DNA of 64,000 nucleotides from contig CATNEN010000003.1 in the NCBI GenBank assembly GCA_950097015.1, positions 13,144,001-13,208,000 of the forward strand. Reading direction: 5' to 3'. The notes under the pieces were generated by a model that saw nothing but the letters and a program-made list of their open reading frames with translations, did no database searches and had not been told where the DNA came from. The position numbers were made by a program, and so were the translations under genes. Shown here piece after piece: positions 51,701-64,000 of the stretch. Source of the stretch: Macrostomum hystrix. Its lineage: Eukaryota > Animalia > Platyhelminthes. Position 1 is the stretch's first letter, and each line of letters begins with the position of its first letter.

Positions 51701-52460
51701 CTCAATCTCGCCACTCACATCAATCTCATCAATATCACCAATCATATCTCAATCTCACCACTCACATCAATCTCATCAATATCACCAATCATATCTCAAT
51801 CTCACCACTCACATCAATCTCATCAATATCACCAATCATATCTCAATCTCGCCACTCACATCAATCTCATCAGTATCACCAATCATATCTCAATCTCACC
51901 ACTCACATCAATCTCATCAATATCACCAATCATATCTCAATCTCACCACTCACATCAATCTCATCAATATCACCAATCCTATATCAATCTCACCACTCAC
52001 ATCAATCTCATCAATATCACCAATCCTATATCAATCTCATCACTCACATCAATCTCATCAATATCACCAATCATATCTCAATCTCACCACTCACATCAAT
52101 CTCATCAATATCACCAATCATATCTCAATCTCACCACTCACATCAATCTCATCAATATCACCAATCATATCTCAATTTCATCTACCTCAAAATCAATTTC
52201 ATCGTCAATCTTAAAAATCTCATCATCAATCTCATCAATCTAATCAATATCACCAATCATATCTCAATCTCACCACTCACATCAATTAATCTCATCAATA
52301 TCACCAATCATATCTCAATCTCATCACTCACATCAATCTCATCAATATCACAAATCCTATCTCAATCTCACCACTCACATCAATCTCATCAATATCACCA
52401 ATCCTATATCAATCTCATCACTCACATCAATCTCATCAATATCAGCAATCATATCTCAAT
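48715..52460. repeat. 47-bp satellite (CATCAATCTCATCAATATCACCAATCATATCTCAATCTCACCACTCA)n with degenerate flanks
   Basis: 47-bp period measured directly (48761 to 48808); the + strand is almost G-free. Confidence 0.96.
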
Positions 52461-53399
52461 TTCATCTACCTCAAAATCAATTTCATCATCAATCTTAAAA
52501 ATCTCATCATCAATCTCATCAATGTCATCGTCAATCTTAAAAATCTCATTATCAATCTCATCAATGTCATCGTCAATCTTATAAGTCTCATCATCAATCT
52601 TATCTATTTCATCGTCAATCTCATCAATCGCATCTGAATCTAACTGATCTTATAATCTATACAATCAATCACATGGTCAGGATGAGATCTAATAAATCTC
52701 ATCATCAATCTCACCACTCACACCAATCTCATCAATATCACCAATTCTATCTCAATCTCATCTACCTCATAATCAATATCATCGTCAATCTTATAAGTCT
52801 CATCTTCAATCTCATCAATCTCATAGTCGACCTCATCAATCATAGACGGTCTCATCATTACCACGATGATGCCAATTTAGAAAGGACATAAGCTATGAAA
52901 TGAGAAGTCTCATCACCTATTGTCTCCTAATTCGCATAGCCTCTAACAGCTTTCTGCTCCAGAAAATTAATTAACTCACGAAAATGAAGGCACATTTTAG
53001 AGGGCCCACCGCGTCCCCCTTCGCAGTTGCCAAGTGTGTGGCCCGCATCAATCATCAACTGTGACGGGACCGACCAATAGAAGAGAGCATTCTGCAGACT
53101 GTTCATTGGCTTCAGCTGTGCCAAAATGGCATTGCTAACACTAACTTTGGCTTCTCTCTCTCGTCTCTCTGCCTCAACCTCCAATTGTTTATTCTGGCCG
53201 TTCCATTCCGGCATAATTTGCAGCACTTCCCCTCTCATGAAAATAGAAAATAGGAAGAAGTGGCATTTCTTAAAAGCAATTTCTGCATTTTCAACTTGCC
53301 TCTTTAGTTTTTCAAAGGATTTCTTGAAGAATTCTTCGCTTCCTCTTCCTCTTCATCTTCAGGGAGTCGACAATCTGAGAACTGGTTCAATGCCGGGCC

Positions 53400-56300
53400 A
53401 TGCAACGGCTGCGTCACCTGATGCTGCTGCTGCTGCTGCTGCTGCTATTGCTGCCGGATTTACTGACGAGTCAGTTAACTCAGCACCGACGTCTGTTGCT
53501 TCTGCCTATCTCGCTGGACAATGTCGAAACTCGACAAGGCAGCCAGGACGCATGTCTGAAAGCTCAGGCCAGTCTAGCTAAAGAACAGAGAAGTCAGAAT
53601 CAAAGCATAGGCTTCGAGCTGGCTCTGGACAATCTTCAACAGCTCCGGCCTAGCAGGCAGACACCACGGTGGTTGTTGAAAACCGCCTGCAGCGTGCTGG
53701 ATATGCAACCGCCAAAGCATGGCAACACTTTTCTACTGGCTGCAACGGACCACAATTCAGTCGTCATGAACAAGAAGAGTCTCGTAGCTTCTGTTGAATA
53801 CCTGCTTCACATTGCCACCTCAATGGGTGTGCCAAGCTTCACTTACCTGGCTAATGCAGTGACTTATCTAGGAGTGAGTTACCTTTACTTTGGCTGACTC
53901 GTGTTCTAACACCTTTACTGCACCTTGCCTTCTTCCAATTGGGTCAAAGCTATCACTAATAGAACTACTCGATTATTTAAAAATATGACCACCAGCAAGC
54001 CGTTCATAGAACCAGTCACCCATAGAACCAGTCACCCATAGAACCAGTCACCCATAGAACCAGTCACCCATAGAACCAGTCACCCATAGAACCAGTCACC
54101 CATAGAACCAGTCACCCATAGAACCAGTCACCCATAGAACCGGTCACCCATAGAACCAGTCACCCATAGAACCAGTCACCCATAGAACCAGTCACCCATA
54201 GAACCAGTCACCCATAGATCCAGTCACCCATAGAACCAGTCACCCATAGAACCAGTCACCCATAGATCCAGTCACCCATAGAACCAGTCACCCATAGAAC
54301 CAGTCACCCATAGAACCAGTCACCCATAGAACCAGTCACCCATAGAACCAGTCACCCATAGAACCAGTCACCCATAGAACCAGTCACCCATAGATCCAGT
54401 CACCCATAGAACCAGTCACCCATAGAACCAGTCACCCATAGAACCAGTCACCCATAGAACCAGTCACCCATAGAACCAGTCACCCATAGAACCAGTCACC
54501 CATAGAAATAGTCACCCATAGAACCAGTCACCCATAGAACCAGTCACCCATAGAACCGGTCACCCATAGAACCATTCACCCATAGAACCAGTCACCCATA
54601 GAACTAGTCACTCATAGAACCAGTCACTAATCAAAGCAGTCACTCATTGAATCAGTCGATTTACAAGTAAAGCAAATCACTTATGACCCACCAGACTGAC
54701 GAGAAGCCCCTGGCGCTCCACCTGGAACCTGGTGCGAGTCACGTTGCTATGGCAATGGTTGACTTCCTGCGCACCTACAGTTGGACAATGGCCACCCTTG
54801 TTGTGTCCTCGCACACACCGGGTCATCGTCAATTAGCCGAGGAGCTGAAAAAGTTGTCCGACGAGAGTAGAAAGACAAACAATCCGAACGTGTTTCGCTT
54901 TGAAATCGGCCAAGTGATCAGCTTTCCTGGTCTGAAAATGGCTGGCGATATTTTTAGTTGCACAAAGTCGTCCAGATGCAAACTGCTGTTTCGTAGAGTA
55001 CTGGAAGCCCTGGCGCACAAGGAGGAACGCATTTTCTTATTTCACGGCATGTCGTGAGTGAAACTTTCTATTGACAAACAATCAATTCTTTGTTAAATAT
55101 TGGTTCTCAAACTCGGAGCTAAATTATTACTCTCGAACAGAATGGATCTCCGAATTCTGGTGGACATTGCGCAGCAGTATAATCACCTGAGATTTCTCTT
55201 CGACAAGGAGTACCTATGGCTGGTGTCGCCGACCGTCTTCAGCTCTTATAGTCAGTCATTGCAGAAGGGCGTCCCTTCGCAACTGGGACGCACCGAGGTT
55301 CCAGGATTGTTTGGTAAGAATCTGGCTTGTGAAATCCTGCGGTGTTTGTAAGTGTGTACTCTTAGTGACGATGAAAAAGTAAGGGCAGATGTACACACCT
55401 GTGTGAGTGTGTTCGTGAATTAGCGGAATAGGCAGAACTGTCGCCAAATGATAGGGGCGAGTGGGTCAGCGGCTAACGTCGCTGCCTCGCACTCCAAAGG
55501 ACGCTAGTTCGATTCACCCTTCAAGTCACGATTAATTTCGGGACTTGTTGGGGGGGTTTGGACAGTAGCGACCGGCGGAGGTGCACCATATTTCGTGCAA
55601 TCAAAGCTTGAAATAATAGCTTCGCTCCTACCTTCTGTGTGCCTGTTCTGCGTTGTATGAGTTTGTGCGTCGGCGCTGGGGCCTGAGACCTTGCGGGGGG
55701 TGGCTGGAGGGCGGGTGTACACCGCCGCGCGCTCTCTGGAATTCCGTCAGCGCGATTGGATAAGTGAGGACTGATTTCTTATCAGCCTTCCGCCCCGGCT
55801 TGGTCTGCTCTGTGCGTGTGGCGCGGGGGTGGGGGACACTGCTGCCTATTCTGGGTGCCTCCTGCCCTCCCCGGCTGGTCTGTGCTGCTGTGTGTGGTGC
55901 TCAGGGGAGGCGGCGCGATGGGCGCTAAAGCGCCTAGTTCGCCGGTCTGGGGGCGTGCCGCTCCGTCGCTTGTGCGACAAGTGCCCCGGGCCCCCCTGCA
56001 GATAGATAGAATAGATAGATAAATAATAAATAGATAGAATAAATAGATAAATAGTCGCCAAATGATAGCTCCCAAACCGAATGACCGACTTTCGTGAGGT
56101 TCCACCATAAGAATAAAAAACTTCCTACCCTTTACGAGGAACTAACTTGCAAAGCCGTCCGACGTGTTGTCATTCAGGAAGTTGCTTCATTGCTTCAGAG
56201 CGGAAAATTTTAGTCCGTGTTCTGTATCTTCACAGGTTGCAATAGGTTGAATGTTTTGGGAGATGCAGAAAAAAGAGAAATGTGGGTATTCTTAATAACT

Positions 56301-59300
56301 CCCGTCGCCTTACTACTGTAAACGATAAACTGGTTTGAGCAAAACGTCCAATCAAACCCAAAACATTGCTAGGCTTCATATACAAAAGCGACCTAACTAG
56401 AGCCGCTCACCTGGCTTCAAGTTTCTGGCATCAGGCATTGGTCACTTTTTACAATCGACTCAAAGCTGCCGGTAAGCTCACTGAACAAGAAATTTTCAAC
56501 CGTCTGCACCCGAAATTCAACTGCTCCGAACCGGACGATGGCAGCCTGTTCTGGAACGAGGGGGCCGTGATTTACAGGTGAGATCAGGCACCAATCTGGA
56601 TCGCAGTGACACTAAGGACATCTTGTCAGGGGTTGAGTTTGCCTCTCGCACCAAGGTCCCTGAGCTCGATTCCGCGGCGAGGCCACGTTTATTTGGGGCG
56701 CAGCCGCAGAGAAGGCTTGGGGGCTTCTCGTGCAACTTACGCCCATGAGGGCCAACCTCCAAGGCACAGTGAGAGTGTACACTGCCTGACGATGAGAAAG
56801 TCAGGGCAGATGTACACACCTGTGTCAGCGTGTGCCTGCGTACAGTATCTGTGTGCTTGTGTGCTCAGGAGTCAGCGGAATGGGCATAATTGCCTCCTCG
56901 CTGGGTGCGGGTCTAGTGTCACCAAATGATGTGCCATTGCCCGCAGCCCCTCCTGAAAATATTATTATTAAGGATACATTGTCAAAATTTCAGATGGAAC
57001 TCAAAATTTCATAAGTAACATATGTCCTTGAAAACATTTAATTTCATCTCTCATCAACTTGAACCGAATAGGATCATGAAGAACATCACCTTCTGCTATC
57101 AGTGCCACGACAATGACCTGGAGGAGATCATCAGCTTTGATCAGCAGGGCTTCATCAACAGCACCAAGTTCGAGGTGATGAACTCGCGGCCAGTGACAGG
57201 CTCCAGTCCCAGCACCTCCTGGTATCCAGTTGGACGGTGGACCATCAGCAGCCGGAATAAGCCGGAGATCTCGAAGCTGCACATGGGCGGCATCACCTGG
57301 CCGGGCTATGCCAACACGCCCCCGATTGGACGGCCGAAAAAGTTTCGCCTGAATGTGGCCACGCTGAAGGAGGATCCGTTTGTGCGCTATTGGCCGCCAG
57401 AGCCCGACGGTTCGTGCGACATTGCCGCGCTGAAATGCCGCATTGTATCGGACAATGTCACCTTGCTTAGCAACGGCTTTGAGCACTTCTGGTCAGGCAA
57501 TCGATCTCGAGAGGTGCTTTTCGAGTCTAGCTGCTGTTCTGGGCTGTCCATCGATCTGCTGAAAGAGTTAATGAAGGACCTGGACTTCGAAGTTGATCTA
57601 TTTGAAGTCCCCGACAGGAAATGGGGTGGTTGGACCGTGAGTTTTTTGTTTTACTTTTTTAATCACGCTTTGACTGAAATATGTCATGGGTAACATATGG
57701 CGTGTCTAACAGGTCATGGGTAACATATGGCGTGTCTAACAGGTCATGGGTAACATATGGCGTGTCTAACAGGTCATGGGTAACATATGGCGTGTCTAAC
57801 AGCTCATGGGTAACATATGGCGTGTCTAACAGGTCGTGGGTAACTTATGGCGTGTCTAACAGGTCATGGTTAACTTATGGCGTGTCTAACAGGTCGTGGG
57901 TAACTTATGGCGTGTCTAACAGGTCATGGGTAACATATGGCGTGTCTAACAGGTCATGGGTAACATATGGCGTGTCTAACAGGTCATGGGTAACATATGG
58001 CGTGTCTAACATGTCATGGGTAACTTATGGCGTGTCTAACAGGTCATGAGTAGCTGAGGGCGTGTCTAACAGGTCATGGGTAACTTTTGGCGTGTCTAAC
58101 AGGTCATGAGTAACTTATGGCGTGTCTAACAGGTCACGGGTAGGCCATGCCTACTTTGGTAACATGTTGAAGTTCAGGTCTTGTTACAATTATTTACACT
58201 CCGCCAACCGACAGCAAACAGAAGGTTGGAACGGGCTGGTTCGGGTGTTGCTGAATCACGAGGCCGATTTGGTCATGACGGCTCTGAAAATAACACCGAA
58301 TCGAAGCGAGCAAATCGACTTCAGTGTGCCCTACCAGCGGACTGGAATCTCTATTCTGGTGGCATTGCGCGAGGGTGCCATCTCTACTAAAGCGTTTCTG
58401 AGTAATTGAGGCTAATTTACAGCTCTTTCAATTGAATCTACTGACCAATAATGTGTCGTAAAATCTGCAATGATTCCAGAACCATACGACTATCCATCCT
58501 GGTGCCTCATCCTGGTGTTTTCGGTGCACGCCTCTGGCGCCGCCCTGTTCCTGTTCGAGTGGCTCAGCCCGCAGGGACTGGACAGGGGCAATGTACCGCC
58601 AAGAGGTCAGTAAACATGTCGGCTGTACCTCACAAAACTTGCTCAACAAATAATACAAATAAAAATAATAATTGCTGGAGGCTTGCGGGCAATGGCACAT
58701 CAATTGGTGACAATAGACCCGCAGCCAGCGAGGAGGCAATTCTGCCCATTTCGCTGACTCCTGAGCACACACTCACACAGATACCTGTACCCAGGCACAC
58801 GCTCACACAGTCTGTACATCTGCTCTGACTTTCTCATTGACAGGCAGTGTGCACTTTCACTGAGGTTGGCCCTCAAAGGCGTAAATTGTACGACAAGCCC
58901 CCAGCCTTCTCTCCGCGGCTGCGTCCCAAATGAATGTGGCCTCGCCGCGGGGCTCTGCCTCCGATGCTCAGAAAAAATTATTTTGGCTACGAAAGTGCAA
59001 ATAAGAGCTCGAAGTTGGAAGTGACATTAAAAAGTTATTAAACTCCATTAAGGCATTGTGGCTAATGACGAATCATTTAGCGACAGTCAACCCGCAGTTA
59101 GCGAGTTCTGTCCATGCCGCTGAACCCCACCCCAGTATCTAAACCCTACATCCGCCGGAACAAAAAACCCACCCAACAACACCCACCCCAACAAAACCCT
59201 TTGGCAGAGCACAAGTTCAGCCTGTTCCGCTCTCTCTGGCTGATCTGGTCGATGCTGTTTGGTGCAGCCGTGAATGCCGACAATCCACGCGGCGTTGCTA

Positions 59301-62300
59301 GCCGTTTCCTAGGCAACATCTGGGCCCTGTTCGCCCTGGTGTTTCTGGCATCGTACACGGCTAATTTGGCAGCATTCATGATTGCCGAAGAGTCCTTCTA
59401 TGACCTGGCCGGAATTAATGACTGGCGTCTAAACGACCCTGGAAGTCACCGGCCTCCGTTCAGATTTGCCACTGTGCCTTCAGGAGCCACCGAGGAGAAT
59501 GTCAAGATGAATTTTCCGCACATGGCAAAGTACATGCAGAACTACAACAAGAGCAACGTTGACGAAGGAATTAAGGCTCTAAAGAACTAGTAAGTGGACG
59601 CTAGAACTCACTAGAAACTTTTCCCACATAAGTCGGGTGATTAAATTAGCTCGTTTTGACTCGAAACATTTCCATCTTTAAATTTCACCAATGGCTTCGT
59701 GACAATCATGCCTTTTTGAAGCAAATATTTCGATCTGCATCTCAGAACTAAAGCTGTACACCGAGACTAGCTTCTGTTAGACTGAAATGATCCAAGCTGA
59801 AATTCTATACTGCACTGCGATTCGCTTGAAAGTACTTTTGCCACTAAAGAAATCCCTTCATGCTCCAGCTGCAACATCTTCAAAGCAGAAATCAATGAAG
59901 AACTCCTGAAGTAACACTCTGTTATCTCAATTTAGGTATTGCATGATAAATTTACAAGTCAAAGTTTGCTTGTTAATCAAATGAAACATTAATCGCTCCA
60001 CAAAAAACTAACTTCAGCGAAATCGACGCCTTCATTTACGACGCTACCGTGCTGCAGTACCGGGTCGGTAAGGACAAAGACTGCAAGCTGCGTACAGTGG
60101 GCAACTGGTACTCAATGACAGGCTACGGTGTGGGCCTTCCAAAGGGCTCGAAATGGTTGGGAAAGATCAACCAGAGAATCTTGACCTATGGTAAAAATGG
60201 TAAGCGATCTTTGCCATCTTAGGAATGGAAGAATGTCATCATTTTCGTAAGTGCAACAGCACTTATTCGAGGGATAGTATCGCATTCCCAGTACGACAGC
60301 AGAGGTAGCAACTAGACCAGTTGACTGTTTACTAGATGACTTTTGTATAGCCGCGCAAACACTGTCAACAAAATGCAAACGGAAGAACGTTTGACATTAA
60401 TCCTCGACAAGCTAACTTTTATATCCAAACGTTAACGAGCAAACGTCGACAATCAAGATTCGACAAGAATAGAGATAATATTCAAACAATGTTTTTGGCT
60501 TCATTGCTAGAAAACACCTAAACATGAATGTTGAAAAAATCTAACTCCTAAGGACATTTAGTCTTCAATAATATATTAAGAACGTTCGCGAATAAGATCC
60601 ATCGATCAGATTGAGTCAACCAACAGGTCCAACTCAAACTTTTTTTAGACTGCGAGTGAATTCCCGAGTGAATTGCTCATCTGGTGTCTGACAATCCTCA
60701 AATGAATACCCGAATGTTTGTCTGCCCGATATTCGTATTTTTAGGACCGTTTAAAAGATTGGACCTTGAATAAATAATTCCTTGAGGTTAAGAACGCTAC
60801 AATGTCTCTGGAATAGCTAAATGCATGCTACCTGCACGAAAGTACTTTTATTCGAAATTATCAAACTTCCAGCTTAAATAAGTAATCGAATTTTTCCATC
60901 AAACGCGATAGTATAATGCAGCTCTTTCTGCAAGAGTGATGCCCTCAAGAATCGTACAGGCCCGCAGTGAAATTTCAATTTTCTCAGAATGCAAATAAAC
61001 TTAATTGCATGAAGACTGCAGCCTAAGGCCTTGCTTTTATGATTACAGTTTGCTGGCGAGTTCATTTCCTACCATTTAGAAGCAAATCGCATCTACTAGC
61101 TGCTGCGTCCTGGGATTGGACCGTTCGGGATAATTAATTCAGCTGATCAAGTAGATCCTCATAGTTCTGGATATTCCAAATAATTTTTGTGCAAGTGTAT
61201 GACTGGATGACGGGAGAAGGAATTGATTTCTTATGAACGCTCGAACAAATAAGAAAAACTTCAAGTTATCTTAAACTTTAAGATGGGAAAGCAGCAAGAC
61301 CGCATTAATCTTGGGCGGAGCCGCGGAGAAAATGCTTGGAGGACTGTCGTGAGTTAAAAAAATGATGGCCAACCTAAGGTACAGACCGAGTGTACGCTGC
61401 CTTACGACGAGAAAGTCGGAGCAGTGTGTGCTCATAGGTCAGCGGAATGAACAGAGTTGCCTCCTCGTTGGCTGCGAGTCGAATATCGCAAAATGGAAGC
61501 GTCTGTGTCCACAGACCTGCCAAATAACATTGCCAAAGGTTTAGCCATTGTCAAGGGTAAAGCTAACGACTGTAGAAAGATGGCATTAAAACCGAACTAT
61601 TTCGTCATTAAACAGTAGAGTGACCACGCTATTTTTTCGCCCTTGGGAAATACAACAGGGGGTACTCAAACACCCACTGCTAACTATACGATAGCTCCCA
61701 AACCGAATGACAAATTTTCGAGAAAGTCCATCGTATGGATCAAAATTATCTACTATGTACGCTGAACTAACTTCAAAGAGATATTCATCGATTCTTGTCC
61801 AAAATCCTCGGGACAAGGATGAATAACATTGCTCTTTATAATATTTTGGTAGATACAGAAAAAGAAAAATGGGTTGTCTAAATAGCATCACTCGACACAA
61901 TTCTGAACACCTGTAGGCCAGCTAGAGCGGTGGAGCAATTTCTGGTTCACCGGCGCCTGCCAGAAGGGTGGCAAGCTGCGCAACACCAACCAGACTCTCG
62001 GCGTCAAGAACTTTATCAGCGCCTTCATCCTGCTGATCGGCGGCATGCTGCTGTGCTGTGTGCTGCTGATACTGGAGCACTCATTCTACAGGTACATGCG
62101 GCCCAGGCTAAAAGAGTGGGACAAATACGGCTGCTGCGGCCTGGTATCAATTGTGAGTATTTCCATCAAGAATATGTATCCCTTAATGTGGAAAATTGTG
62201 TCTTGCTTCTCACACCAGAAACCGCTAATCAATTCTAACACGAGACGCAGCTGTCATGACACAAGAATAATATTGTTTAATAAATCACAGCTCTGTTTTC

Positions 62301-62947
62301 TACCACAGAAGAGCTGATATTAAAGGTTTCTGTCGGACAGGATCACGCCGTGTTTTCTTCTCGAACTAAGTAAATAAAACACGTTGCCTAAACATTCAAG
62401 CGAACATAATCTGCCTCATCTTTAATAATTAATTTAATACAAAGATGGCTCTGTCTATAAGAGCTGCCAAAAAGTCCCGCCAACATCTGCTGAAACATCA
62501 CGCAAATAGCCGACGATAAAAACGCTCTTCATGAAAAACTTGTGTTTTTTCAATAATACAAGTGTATTTATAAATGAGGATATAATTTTTATGTCAGTTT
62601 TACGTGTCAGTTAATTGTTGGATTGGATCTCAGCATTCACAGCACAAACTAAAACGCAAACATGTCACATTGCAGAGCATGGGCCAGCTGCTGTCATTTG
62701 AGCAGTCAGTGAACCAAACTGTTGACCTGATCAAGCATCACAAATGTCGCAATCCTATTTGCGAGACTCAACTCTGGAAGGTGCGTCACGAACTGGATAT
62801 GGCCAGAAGGAAGGTGCAAAAATTGGAGACCTTGTTAAAAAGCGGTTGCGTTGCCATTGACGACAGAGGAGACAGCGGCGGCGGTGGCAGCGGTGGCGGC
62901 GGCAGAGATTTAGGAGAAGGCGGAGGATATCTTCCGATCACCAACTG
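53400..62947 (+). CDS. GRIN2: NMDA-type ionotropic glutamate receptor GluN2 subunit; 11 exons in the window, 3' end outside it
   Basis: Exons 53400-53873, 54695-55053, 55141-55313, 56373-56577, 57072-57636, 58215-58401, 58480-58605, 59208-59589, 60018-60199, 61917-62152, 62676-62947; phase-compatible. Signal peptide, CCSGLSIDLL, WNGLV, ITPNRSEQIDFSVP, FEWLSP, SYTANLAAFMI, PPFRFATVPSGATE, AFIYDATVL, FWFTGAC, LILEH. Confidence 0.95.
54005..54630. repeat. 16-bp minisatellite (CATAGAACCAGTCACC)n in GluN2 intron
   Basis: Visible array. Confidence 0.97.
55455..56053 (+). mobile_element. About 600-bp tRNA-headed SINE, family C, with 15-bp target-site duplication
   Basis: TSD GTCGCCAAATGATAG at 55440-55454 and 56054-56068; A box TGGGTCAGCGG, B box GTTCGATTC; GC-rich body; GATA-rich tail. 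Confidence 0.85.
56630..56970 (+). mobile_element. SINE family A copy, 5' end slightly truncated
   Basis: High similarity to 8877-9237. Confidence 0.88.
57683..58140. repeat. 30-bp minisatellite (GTCATGGGTAACATATGGCGTGTCTAACAG)n, intronic
   Basis: Visible array. Confidence 0.96.
58660..58952 (-). mobile_element. SINE family A copy, reverse orientation
   Basis: The reverse complement matches the body and 3' hairpin of 56630-56970. Confidence 0.87.
61300..61500 (+). mobile_element. Degenerate SINE family A copy
   Basis: GCCGCGGAGAAAATGCTTGG...GGCCAACCT...ACGACGAGAAAGTC...GCCTCCTCGTTGGCTGCG. Confidence 0.65.
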
Positions 62948-62977
62948 GTGAGTGTAATTCTAGCCATCCGTGTACTA

Positions 62978-63887
62978 CACGGGCGTAGCCAGGGGGTGGG
63001 CAAGGGGGGCCGCGGCCCCCCTAACCCCTAATCTGCTGACAAATCCATGTGGCGCCCCGTGGTAGTGCCGCCCCGTGGTAGTGGGGCCAAGTGGTAGTGG
63101 GGCCAAGTGGTAGTGGGGCCACGTGGTAGTGGGGCCACGTGGTAGTGGTGCCAAGTGGTAGTGGGGCCCCGTGGTAGTGGGGCCAAGTGGTAGTGGGGCC
63201 ACGTGGTAGTGGGGCCAAGTGGTAGTGGGGCCAAGTGGTAGTGGGGCCAAGTGGTAGTGGGGCCACGTGGTAGTGGCACCCCGTGGTAGTAAGGCCACGT
63301 GGTAGTGGGTCCAAGTGGTAGTGGGGCCAAGTGGTAGTGGGGCCACGTGGTAGTGGGGCCACGTGGTAGTGGGGCCCCGTGGTAGTGGGGCCAAGTGGTA
63401 GTGGGGCCACGTGGTAGTGGCACCCAGTGGTAGTGGGGCCACGTGGTAGTGGGGCCACGTGGTAGTGGGGCCCCGTGGTAGTGGGGCCAAGTGGTAGTGG
63501 GGCCACGTGGTAGTGGCACCCAGTGGTAGTGGGGCCACGTGGTAGTGGGGCCACGCGGTAGTGGGGCCCCGTGGTAGTGGGGCCACGTGGTAGTGGGGCC
63601 ACGTGGTAGTGGGGCCCGTGGTAGTGGGGCCACGTGGTAGTGGGGCCACGTGGTAGTGGCACCCAGTGGTAGTGGGGCCACGTGGTAGTGGGGCCACGTG
63701 GTAGTGGGGCCCCGTGATAGTGGGGCCACGTGGTAGTGGGGCCACGTGGTAGTGGGGCCACGTGGTAGTGGCACCCAGTGGTAGTGGGGCCACGTGGTAG
63801 TGGGGCCACGTGGTAGTGGCGCCTCTGGTGGTGGCGCGCCCAAGAGGCGTGCCTCACCTCCTAGAAAAAAATCCTGGCTACACCTTG
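62978..63887. mobile_element. MITE-like element containing a 16-bp minisatellite (GTGGTAGTGGGGCCAC)n
   Basis: Imperfect TIRs CACGGGCGTAGCCAGG and CCTGGCTACACCTTG (perfect core GTAGCCAGG/CCTGGCTAC); array at about 63055-63820 explains the three minus-strand PHYHVAPLPRG ORFs. Confidence 0.72.
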
Positions 63888-64000
63888 GTATACTAGCATT
63901 GCTTGTGCATCCCAAAAAGGATAAGAAAGCCTAGAATACACATTCACATAAAAGTTCTGAGTACATAGTATAGGCTACTGAGTGAAAATGCTGCGTTTAA

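Overview
This is intron-rich animal genomic DNA, not prokaryotic. GT-AG introns filled with minisatellites, CAG/poly-Q-rich exons and tRNA-derived SINEs resemble the flatworm Macrostomum, but the organism is my inference only. Gene models were spliced by hand with phase-compatible junctions. They are: FANCD2 (10 exons, 1572-11553); GINS1/PSF1 (12886-14448); a secreted NtA-TSP1-EGF-EMI-like protein (17836-24584); three orphan genes; a frameshifted caspase-like locus; a 3-exon secreted, highly cationic Cys-patterned protein (32408-33649); a decayed Crypton-type tyrosine-recombinase element (about 39.2-41.2 kb); and an NMDA receptor GluN2 subunit (53400 to beyond the window end). Non-coding DNA holds three SINE families, two MITEs with internal minisatellites and about 20 tandem arrays, which explain most long ORFs in the supplied track. 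The strongest unusual signals are: (1) FANCD2 intron 3 is essentially one SINE copy whose 5' head supplies the splice donor, a candidate SINE-created intron; (2) the orphan cationic secreted protein; (3) the Crypton with a complete catalytic residue set; (4) minisatellites of different periods sharing a splice-signal-like ACAGGT core; (5) a possible FANCD2-GINS1 trans-spliced operon; (6) inverted SINEs bracketing GluN2 exons. No database searches were run; family calls rest on recognised motifs.
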